A stretch of 64,000 nt of DNA from NCBI GenBank assembly GCA_976226885.1, contig OZ320320.1, positions 84,940,001 through 85,004,000 on the forward strand, read 5' to 3'. Of the stretch, positions 1 through 10,274 are shown in pieces. The notes under the pieces are model-generated. The model made no database searches, was not told the DNA's origin, and worked only from the letters and a program-made list of their open reading frames with translations. Within the stretch, counting starts at the first letter, position 1; each line of letters opens with the position of its first letter. Origin of the DNA: Iphione sp. A-MEVVRFRX5 (taxonomy: Eukaryota). The translations under genes were made by a program, and so were the position numbers.

Positions 1-1185
1 GATCAAGCATGGGGAATAGAGGGGGGGCGGGTGGACGCTGGACTACGGATATATATGTAATAAAAAACAGACATCTTCATTGAGACAAGCTGTAGGGCCT
101 CGTCTCAGTAATCAGTCATAGTTCTTGTGCCAGATTTACACGTGGACGATTTTCCTGCCTCTGAAAGTGAGTCTGTAAAAAAAAACCCATACCCATGTAA
201 TCAACTAGCTACTTCAGATGTCTGCAGTCTTGCCACTCTCGCATGCGATTGCATTTCCCCAGCCCAACCAGAATGGGTGCATCCTCTGCAATGGAGTGTT
301 GAACTCATAGGCTTCTCTATTGAACAAGACAGCTTGGACATCTAGTATTATATCATTCTCACACCCAATCTGGGAGACGGGGTGGGGATTTCTTGCTTTT
401 GGAGACAATTGAGAAAAATCCGACTGTGCACATGTTAAACCGATAGAGAGGAAGACACTTTTAAGGAAGACACTTTTCAGGACAAGAAGAGTTTGCATAT
501 CCATGTACATCGTATTGTACATGTATTCCATTTTCAAATTAAACCATATTGGTTTGATGGATAGGACTGTTTGACTCGTTTATCCCGCCATTGCAGTAGG
601 TAGGCTAGAATCGACAAGGTCTTACTGTCAGTAGCACCTGCTGCAAGGCACATAGATCAGCAGCTCTGTAATAACTAAGATGTGCTCTGAGCGTCGAGAC
701 GGCAGTATCTTGCACGCTGCGAGTTCTGGCAATTTAAAATCTATTCAATATGATATTCAACATAAGTTTCCTTGTGTCAGGAATATCAGTTACTCTTCTG
801 ATATGTTTCATTCTGAGTCTACGAGATTTTTTGTTCAGCCATGCATATTAATACCCTGTCAAGACGTAGGACGTACATGGATTTATATGTGCTGTTGTAA
901 TCCAAGTTGTGGTTTTTATTTAACTACATTATATGTGCATAGCTCCAGTATAGGGTAAATACTGTGGTGAGACTGTAAACTCCTAAAAGATAAGAAAGAA
1001 TAGAAATAGAAACATATGCTAAAGTGTTTTTTTTGTTAAATACATGTCAAAGAACCTACAACAATCAGTCTTTTTCTAATTTATGAAAAATTGTCTTGTA
1101 TAAGAGATTATAAGAAAAAACTGACCCAAAAAATTGCTTCCAAAATGTTAGGTTTCTATATACACATATTTTAAACTGTTATTCC

Positions 1186-1506
1186 GTTATTTCATTTATT
1201 GTATCTTTTACCAGGAAGTAGATATTCACCTATCATATGACAGGGTTTTTCCATATCCTCCTCGGGTTGCATAATGCCATCTATTATTGTGAATTTAGAG
1301 ACCAGAATACCTAGGGTTATTCTTTACTCTTATTTTGAATAGGTTTCTGAGGTCTTTTTGTGCATAGGGTACAGAATCCTATACACCCACAGCCTCCACG
1401 AGTTGTAGACCACTCTTGGTTGGGGATACAGTAAATCTGTCTGGTCTTGATCAAGAGTCCCAGGCCCAGAATTGAACGCAGTGCTCTACCACTGAGCTAA
1501 CTCCCC
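1186..1506 (-). mobile_element. tRNA-derived SINE, copy 1 (head has a ~20-nt deletion)
   Basis: Collinear homology with the copies at 4774-5123 and 34494-34849; A-box TAGCTCAGTGG on the minus strand; TGAAA-like tail. Confidence 0.85.
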
Positions 1507-2164
1507 ACCAATTAAATTTATCATTGTTATTGTGATCTTTAATTTTCAGTGTGTTCTTTACTTAATTTAATTTGCAAATCATATTTCTTGAACAGTATGA
1601 ATGGTTTGATAGATTTTTTTTTAATTCATAGACAATTGGCGGGATTCCTATGTGTTGGATCATTCATAACTCATATGTCCTCTGATCTAGGTCTTCGTAC
1701 ATCTGGTCTATCATTTGCCATCAGTTTCTACGATATGTAAAAAGAGGGTTAATATTTTATAGTAATTGCGTTGATTCGACATATTTAAACAGAAAAACAA
1801 TTAATTTTCTCCAGACTTAATATATATGACAGAGTTTCATGTTGTTGATAGAAAACCGTATCACAATATCCATTGTTATGAATGAAACAGATGTGTATAA
1901 TATGGACTTAAACAAAGCAGCTAAAATGTATATTAATCATAAAAGTGGACCTTATAATGTCTTATTTCATTCTAAAATACTTAATAACAAGAGGGACTGT
2001 AACATTTCATTTCCCCTTACTGTAAACGTACACATACACATGTTGCCCCACAAGTATTATGTATCAATGCAGGTTTGTAGAGAATTCCTTAAAATGATTA
2101 ATTTTGTTGTGTTACTTACCAGGGCTTCTTGGAAGAAAACGCCGAGCATGTCGTGACGGCAGCC

Positions 2165-4246
2165 ATGGGGGTTGGTAAGCAGAGTGCACGCCTGCTGTGG
2201 AGGAGGCTCCCCCCACTGCCTCCTCCTGGCCCGCTGCTGCTCCTCCTGCTCCTCACCTGCTCGTCTTCCTCGGCCGCCGACGCCGACGACGCCGCTGAGC
2301 AGCTCCCGAGAACCACGGTCCGGCCGAGCTTCCTGTGCCGCAGCCCGGGCACCAGGGGCCACGAGATCCACCTCAAGCAGCCGCCGTTATCGCCCGAGGT
2401 GCTCTACGACGGGCGGACCTCACCGCTCTGGCGCTCCGAGTGTGCCAAGCACAACCCCAGGAAGGCCGCCTATCTCAGGGAGTACGAGACCATCAAGGAC
2501 GTCATCATGGCGGACGCCAAGGGCGACAGCAAGCGCAAGAAGAGCCTCACCATGGTGCACGACTTCCTGGTGGCGTCATGTCTCACTCTGCCGCCCCTCC
2601 GCACCGGAAGCGCGCGGCGGGCGCTGCCCCGCTTCCAGCTGGCCGACGCGGAGTCGTCGCTCTACGTCGTCAGCGCCTTCGCCGACATGCGCGACGCGCC
2701 TATTCCGGTGCTGCGCGTGCTGGCGGTGGCGCCGTTCAGCGGGCGCACCATGTGGTGCCAGGTTATGTGCGAGGAGCTGCCTACCGCCGCCATGACAGTC
2801 CAGGCCACCACTAAGCGGATCTCCGTCATGCCGTCCGTCGACCATAACTGCGTCTGGCAGCAGCACGTCTACTCGTGCCATCTGCGCACGCGCTGCCGCA
2901 TCACGCGCGCCGCCCTGACGAGTAGCGAGTGCGGCGACCCGCTGGCCGTCTTCCCCGTCACCGTCGCCGGCAACATGAGTCTCACGCCCTCCCTCCAGGT
3001 GGCGCAGTGCGCCAGCACCCTCTTCGACTACCAGGACGAGAACCTGGGCCACCTGGTGGAGTACATGGAAACCGCGCGCTACTTCGGCATGTCCAAGATC
3101 TTCCTCTACGACGCGTACAACATCAGCCGGCGCGTGGCCGACGTGCTCGACTACTACGAGGAGCTCGGCTTCCTCGAGCGGATCCCCTGGCGGGTGCCCA
3201 GCGAACTAAGCATCCTCTTCTACTTCGGGCAGGTACTGCAGTACAACGACTGCGTGTACCGCCACATGGACCAGGCGCACTACCTGGCCATGCTTGACCT
3301 CGACGACTTCTTCATGCCCGGCCTGAACAAGTCGTGGCCGCAGCTCGTCGACCACCTCTCTAACGGAGGAGGGGGAGGAGGAGGAGGGGGGGAGGCGGGG
3401 AAGAAGCCAGCCAGCAAGTCGGCCTGCCACGCCTTCCCCTGGTTCACGGCCTGCCGGATGGGCGAGCGACCCACACCGGCGCCCGACGCCGAGCTCAGCA
3501 GCAAGAGGTACTCGCTCGACCTGAAGCTGGTCACCTACACGAAGAGCGGCAGCATGGCGCCGGAGTACAAGCAGGTGGTGCAGCCGCGCGGCGTCATCGT
3601 CACCCACATCCACTTCCTCGTCTCCTCCTACCCGGGCTACCTCTGGCGCGTCGTGCACAAGGACGACGCCCTGGGCCACGTCTACCATTACCGCGGGACC
3701 AACTCCCGCTGCGCGCCCAAGGGCCTCTACTTCCGGCTGAAGCTCTGCAGTCACGTGGCCCCTCTCATGGAGCGAGTGGCTCACGTCTTGCTCGAGCGGG
3801 GTCTCATCCATAGGCCGGACTTCCTCAGAGCCTCGGCCGCCCCTGTCACCCCTCCCCCTCCTAGGACGAAGGCCAACGCCACGAGCCACAGGCCAAAGCG
3901 GAGTAGCACGTGGAAGGAGGCCCAGCGGGTGGATCTGGAGGAGGCCAGGAAGCGCACTGTACCCGCTGTGGAGCGGAAGTACGAGGAGGACAAGAAGGAG
4001 GGGAAACTGGACAAATCCCGCACGGAGGAGTATGGTGGCTTCTTCATTGTTGGTATCGTGGTGCTTGTGGCTCTGGTCCTTCTCAGGCGAGGAACCAAAA
4101 AACTGTCTCCCCGCAGATGTCTGCAACTTGCAATCACTAGCCCCTGGCTATTACTTAGAGCCCACCTAGCTCAGTTCTTGACTATCTATAAGGAAGTGCG
4201 TCGGGAGAGAAAGCAAAGGATACAACGTTTGAAACAGTTCGGTTAA
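2165..4246 (+). CDS. Glycosyltransferase family 92 (DUF23)-like protein, single coding exon, ~693 aa
   Basis: Long ORF with very high GC3. ATG at 2165 sits in a Kozak context (gcagccATGG) after a splice-acceptor-like ttacttaccAG at 2121-2122. GT92-like motifs: YLYD-like FLYD, GQVLQYNDC, YLAMLDLDDFF (DxD), IHF and HYR. Hydrophobic N-terminus and a C-terminal TM segment. Confidence 0.8.
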   Translation: MGVGKQSARLLWRRLPPLPPPGPLLLLLLLTCSSSSAADADDAAEQLPRTTVRPSFLCRSPGTRGHEIHLKQPPLSPEVLYDGRTSPLWRSECAKHNPRKAAYLREYETIKDVIMADAKGDSKRKKSLTMVHDFLVASCLTLPPLRTGSARRALPRFQLADAESSLYVVSAFADMRDAPIPVLRVLAVAPFSGRTMWCQVMCEELPTAAMTVQATTKRISVMPSVDHNCVWQQHVYSCHLRTRCRITRAALTSSECGDPLAVFPVTVAGNMSLTPSLQVAQCASTLFDYQDENLGHLVEYMETARYFGMSKIFLYDAYNISRRVADVLDYYEELGFLERIPWRVPSELSILFYFGQVLQYNDCVYRHMDQAHYLAMLDLDDFFMPGLNKSWPQLVDHLSNGGGGGGGGGEAGKKPASKSACHAFPWFTACRMGERPTPAPDAELSSKRYSLDLKLVTYTKSGSMAPEYKQVVQPRGVIVTHIHFLVSSYPGYLWRVVHKDDALGHVYHYRGTNSRCAPKGLYFRLKLCSHVAPLMERVAHVLLERGLIHRPDFLRASAAPVTPPPPRTKANATSHRPKRSSTWKEAQRVDLEEARKRTVPAVERKYEEDKKEGKLDKSRTEEYGGFFIVGIVVLVALVLLRRGTKKLSPRRCLQLAITSPWLLLRAHLAQFLTIYKEVRRERKQRIQRLKQFG

Positions 4247-4306
4247 GAAAGATCAATGGAATAAATGTGAATAGATTGTTACAATTTGGATGAAAGGCGT
4301 GAGTGG

Positions 4307-4461
4307 NNNNNNNNNNNNNNNNNNNNNNNNNNNNNNNNNNNNNNNNNNNNNNNNNNNNNNNNNNNNNNNNNNNNNNNNNNNNNNNNNNNNNNNNNNNNNN
4401 NNNNNNNNNNNNNNNNNNNNNNNNNNNNNNNNNNNNNNNNNNNNNNNNNNNNNNNNNNNNN
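4307..4461. other. Assembly gap (N run)
   Basis: Run of N. Confidence 0.99.
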
Positions 4462-4773
4462 CCATCTGTAACATTAATTTAAATAAATGAATTTGAGAAA
4501 ATTGAAAGTGCTTCGTTTGTTTGTTAATTGACCACATTTAAGACAATGTACATGTATATATACACGTGTCATGGTGAGTGACTGTATATGTGTAAGTTCC
4601 AGGAGTGGGAGGAAAGGCTGGGTCATATCAACATTAAGGTGTGGAGGCGACTACTATTCACGCACATAGATGTATTATGAGTCATACATTATGTATAAAT
4701 GTGGCGATGGGCGGTTAATTGTTTAAAGGTTATTTTCCTTCGGCTGGTATGACTCCCTTCGGTCTGCGTAAAA

Positions 4774-5123
4774 TTTTTCATTTCATTTTCATTGTATATT
4801 TTACCAGGAATATATTCACCTCTCATCAGGACAGGGATCTTCCATATCATCCTGGGGTAGCATACTACCTTTCTATTGTTGAGAACTCAAGAGACAAGAA
4901 TACCCGGAGTTGCCCCCTACTCTTATTTCGAATAGGTTTCTGGGGTCTTTTTGTGCATAGGGGACAGAATCCTATACACCCACAGCCTTTTTACGAGTTG
5001 TGGACCACTCTAGGTTGGGGCTACAGTAAATCTGTCTGGTCGTGATCAGGAGTCCCAGGCCCAGGATTGAACCTACGACCTCTCAGTCAGTGGACCAGTG
5101 CTCTACCACTGAGCTAACTCCCC
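4774..5123 (-). mobile_element. tRNA-derived SINE, copy 2 (full length)
   Basis: Minus strand reads GGGGAGTTAGCTCAGTGGTAGAGC...GGTTCAATCC (Pol III A and B boxes), then a ~250-bp body and a (TGAAA)n-like tail. Confidence 0.9.
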
Positions 5124-6200
5124 ACTGGGAATTTAAGAATAATCACCTGTTAAGTATACATGTAAATGTCCACCCCCCCCTTCAAAGGCAGTTATATCTT
5201 TTTAATATGTATATACTGCAGAGTGAGTGTATCGTGTCCAGTAGGTATAATTAGAAGGGCGTTGTAGAAACTGCACGGGTTAATGGGTGAAATAGGTGCC
5301 CGTGTGAGGGGGAGTCACTGACGTTACCGCAATGGTCGCTCATCCTTTTTTCCCCGTAAAATAAGCTCGCATTCCGATCGTGAGCTGAGATCTTCATGTC
5401 AGGCCGCACGTTTTATTGGAAGGTATTAGTTCTCCATGCCAGAGCTTCGGAAGCAACACCTGCCAGATGAAAGGCGGCGAGTGCTCGTGCTCAGGAACTA
5501 GACACGGGGTCGATTCCTTAGTCCCCGACCTCCCAGGAGGAAGGGGAGGGGGGGGGGGTGAGCGTTATAGGAGTACTGTTGTCTGACTGTCCGACGCTCC
5601 CTTACAATACGGGTCTTAACAATACAACAGTATTTAGTCAAATTGTATGATTTTTCCGATATGATTGGTCTCCAATATGGATGTTTTCTATTGTATAAAG
5701 CTGGTGTAGCCTAATTGAGTTTAGAAGCAGACAAGGAAGAACACATAAGTATTATAATTTTGCTCGTAATTGCTTCTCTTTTTCATGTTTATTATTAATC
5801 ATTATCCACGCACACGACAGCATTTTACCGGTATCCATGCATACAGGTTATACGCACAGTTAAATAATGAATGAATAACAGTTTAAAGATAAAATGTATC
5901 TGTAGGTATCTCGGGATCCTTGTGAAGACTTTGGATTTAAGGCTGACATGTGTATATATATATATGTATATGCCATATATATCGTCCCTAATTTAATTCT
6001 TCCCGGGCGCAGCTGCATGTCTGTATATTTGAGGGGGGGCAAGTCTGACGATGCAGATATCTACGATGTGTTGAAGTTAAGGGTTGCAGAAGGGAGATGA
6101 GAACTTGGAACTTGCGAAGGGAGGACAGATTATGAGCGCTTTGAATGAGCTAGTGAATGAGAAGGAAGTGTTATATCAACCTTGCATGACAAGAAAGTGT

Positions 6201-6405
6201 NNNNNNNNNNNNNNNNNNNNNNNNNNNNNNNNNNNNNNNNNNNNNNNNNNNNNNNNNNNNNNNNNNNNNNNNNNNNNNNNNNNNNNNNNNNNNNNNNNNN
6301 NNNNNNNNNNNNNNNNNNNNNNNNNNNNNNNNNNNNNNNNNNNNNNNNNNNNNNNNNNNNNNNNNNNNNNNNNNNNNNNNNNNNNNNNNNNNNNNNNNNN
6401 NNNNN
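6201..6405. other. Assembly gap (N run)
   Basis: Run of N. Confidence 0.99.
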
Positions 6406-7407
6406 CTCTCTCTGTCCATTTATATCTATCTTTATCTATCTATATCGGTGTATACTGTGAATCTCTACAGATAGATGAAGGGATAGATACATGAGTTCAT
6501 GCATGTAATAGAAGCAGCATAAAGGAATGGAGGGATCGCCAAAGTGGTTCCCACACCATTACTATGTATATGTTTACCGTTTCTTCAGAAAATGTCTAGA
6601 AATACAGCAATCTTATTGTTGGATTTTCCTTATGACATCACAAGTAGTAAAAATTACATCCATAGTACTCGTTTATTCAAACGTCGGCAATTCGTCCATT
6701 GTATGGGAAAGAATCACTGAGGTTAACGTCTGTTTAACCCTATCCAGGCAGTTTTCACATGCAGTCCCCTCTAATCTATCTGTACCTGACGCACAGCAGG
6801 GTAAGGCTTTCTAATACCCCGAGTGTCCGTGTCATGCGTTTTACCATAGGCTGGAATTTTTGCCGGGGGTATCTGAAATTAGAGAGGTGGAACATATTTT
6901 TTTCATATTTTCCTCACTTTTCTTCACTTCTAACCATCTTTAAATCTCTTGGTGGACTTCCTGTTCATTGTGGGTCACATTTTCTCACTTTTCCTTAGTT
7001 CTGCTGGGGCATTTGTTTTCTCCCTCTGCCTTCCTCCCTGTCACACCCCGTCTCCCTGTCTCTCACTGTCTCTCTCACTCCCCTGTTTTTTACTGTCTCA
7101 CACTCCTTCTGTCTCCCTGTCTCCCGCTGTCTCTCTCACTCCCCTGTCTCTCACTGTCTCTCTCACTCCCGTATCTTCCTGTCTCTGACTTTCTCTCCTC
7201 TAGGGAGACCTCCTGGTCTTTTAGGGGGTTTTGGCCGTTTATTCACCAGCAGATAACCATAGTCTCCAAAAAACATCCACGGGCCCACAGCACGCAGCAC
7301 AGTAAAATCAAAAATTTCCCATGTTGGAACACACCAAATGGCAGCATGGTATATGCTACATGGCCCACATGTATATGGATACACTCCTCCCGTTATTGTG
7401 TATTCCA

Positions 7408-7866
7408 AAATACATGCCAACACTTTACGCAGAAACACGGAGGAATGGAAATCCAGCCTAAGACCGACTGGTGGTCATTGTGCACAGCATCAACCTCAGG
7501 TCAGCTGAACACTAGCAGTTCCAGATCAGACAAGTCAGGCAGTCAACATTGATGAGAAGTAAATACATGCCAACATGCTATGCAGAAATATGGAGGAATG
7601 GAAATCCAGCCTAAGACCGACTGGTGGTCATCGTGCACAGCATCAACCTTGGGTCAGCTGAATGCTGGCAGTTCCAGATTGGACAAATCAGGCAGTCAAC
7701 ATTGATGAGAAGTAAATACATGCCAACACGCTATGCAGAAACACGGAGGAATGGAAATCCAGCCTAAGACCGACTGGTGGTCATCGTGCACAGCATCCAC
7801 CTCAGGTCAGCTGAACACTAGCAGTTCCAGATCGAACAAGTCAGGCAGTCAACATTGATGAGAAGT
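7408..7866 (+). repeat. 153-bp tandem repeat, 3 copies
   Basis: Units start at 7408, 7561 and 7714 with aaatacatgccaaca and end in gatgagaagt. Confidence 0.95.
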
Positions 7867-7894
7867 GACTGTCGTATGACAAGAAGTGTAATTA

Positions 7895-8073
7895 CAGTGG
7901 GTTCTCACCTGAAGACCAGATCGCAAGGGGGACCAGATCACAGGGGAGACTACTAAATCATAGTCCCATATGGTATATTTCCTATATAAAAAGATACCTC
8001 AGTGGAGACCAGATCGCAGGGGAGACTATATTCCTTTAGTCCCAGAGGTGGTCTCCTAAGTGGGAGTTGACTA
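7895..8073. mobile_element. Degenerate Tc1/mariner-type MITE (TA flanks)
   Basis: TA|CAGT start, imperfect inverted end, internal gaccagatcgc repeats. Confidence 0.45.
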
Positions 8074-10022
8074 TATACAAACAAGAATTACACGCAATGA
8101 CATTAATGATCTTTTTATCACTGCGTGTTTGGGATGAGTCCCCAACGATTCCGCCCCTCCTCTATCTCTATGAAACATTCGCGACATGGACACGGTTCAC
8201 TTGCTTCTCCAACTGAAGTGGTGGCCGTTGTAAATCTAAGTGCACCATTTTCAAAACAGAGACGCTTTCTGGAATAAGGGCACCGTATACCTTTGTCTAT
8301 ATATATTTGTAGCCCACCTCATTGAGAGGAAGGGGGGCGGAGGCTTAGGAATACTGCTGTCCGACCGTCTGACGTTCCATCACAGTCTCGTGGGTCTTAT
8401 AATATTGATTTGATTTAGTGGGGAGACTCCAGTATGTTCAGGTGGAGTATTCAGGCGTGGAAGAGGAATTACTGGTGTCTTGAACAGAAGGAACACCTCC
8501 CACACATGTTACAGTAAACACGGCATTCGGGGGAAATAAATGCCCATCAGTGTTTCAATTTGTGCCTTAGGCCGGTTGCCAGTTCGTTTTGTGGTGGGTA
8601 TCGGATGATACCCCCAATACCCCAGGGGGAACTAATTTTTTCATCTCTATGAAGACCTGTAGGCATTCATGTTTGTGGGGGGTATCAGATGATATCCGTG
8701 ATACCCCCTTAGCTATGGGTTTGTGCCTTTATGAAACACTTATTAAACATCCGAACTATGCAACACGGTACCGATGGATTGGCTCTTTTACTGTCAGTAT
8801 GCCCTAGGTTCATCTCTCATAATATGGGTTCTATTAAGTGTTCCTATAAGTGTCTTTAAGGCCTCATTTCCTTGTACACATGTCTCCATGTAGCGTGTTT
8901 GAACTCCGTGTAGCAATGTGAAATGTTTGCACTTCACTAATCCCTCAAATCACTGAAACACTATACCTGTATAGTGTGATTGCCATATACCTTCAGGACA
9001 CCTCAGGGACACGTCTCCAATAGGGACACCTCTCCAATAGGGACACATTTGGGACAAATAGAATCTATTTGTTTACATTACCTATATAAAACATTGCCTG
9101 AACGTAGTAGGACCATGGAGAGGAATTCTCATGAGTGTGAGATGCTTTCAAAGTATCATAATTTGCTTATTTCTATATGTTTGTTTTGATATTTTTTCAA
9201 ATCATAGACATGGGCATGTGTTTTCCGTCATAAAAAGCAAAACAAAACAATATTCACAAAAAGTTTGTAACTTTGGACTACTTTTTTCAGTTGGGTGTAG
9301 GGATATGGGACAGGAACATATTCCTACTCCTCTGTATGTGCAGTCAAGCAGAACCGATGGTTGTAAAAGGCCTTGGAGGGGTCAAAGTACAGGATAAAGT
9401 ATGCCAAAGAGAGTGTGTGTGTGCATACAGGCGTCAAAGGTGCTTATTACACTACCTATATAAAATGTTGCCTGAAAGTAGTTCTGCCATGGGGAGAAGA
9501 TTTCACCCAGATGAGATTTAAGATAGGGATATTACTTTTTATATTTACTCATGTGTACAGTGAGGCTATTGCTATGGACGACATGTTATGTGCACTTTAT
9601 CAAGGTTAATACCATTTACATTAGAAACAGAATCTTACAATGGACTATTTTCTTCCGCTTGGTGTAGTAGCACAACAATTACTTTCACCTTGTAGACAAA
9701 GGCCCCCCCTTCCCTGCCCCCTGTGTGTGTGTACAGTGCATGGCAGAGCATACTTTGACCCCTTCCCCCCACCCCACCCCAAACCACAACCAGTTCATGT
9801 GCCAAAGGCACTTGTCTGTATTAAAAGAAGTCTCTGATAGGGACACGTCTCAAATAGTGACACAGAACCAAGGGTGTCCTGATAAGAGGCTTTCAAATGT
9901 ACATGTCTGTTCATTAGTACAGGTTCCAAAACCATGGATGAGCACAGAGTATGGGAAAATGGAACATTTTCCGTTCCCAAAACACTCCACACAGAGACGC
10001 AGTACCTGCTACATGGACTATA

Positions 10023-10274
10023 TGTCCATGGATACACTCCTACTACTATGTGTCCATGGATACACTCCTACTACTATATGTCTATGGGTACACTCCTACT
10101 ACTATGTGTCCATGGATACACTCCTACTACTATGTGTCCATGGATACACTCCTACTACTATGTGTCCATGGATACACTCCTACTACTATGTGTCCATGGA
10201 TACACTCCTACTACTATATGTCCATGGATACACTCCTGCTACTATGTGTCCATGGATACACTCCTTCTACTACA
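10023..10274 (+). repeat. 28-bp minisatellite, ~9 copies
   Basis: Unit tgtccatggatacactcctactactatg at period 28. Confidence 0.95.

Noticed and set aside
214-537. 107-aa minus-strand ORF
   Set aside because: No recognisable motif, codon bias or splice support
2057-4140. Overlapping and antisense ORFs within the GT92 gene
   Set aside because: Shadow ORFs caused by extreme GC3 bias
4253-6494. ORFs spanning N runs (also 44895-45400)
   Set aside because: Artefacts of translating assembly gaps
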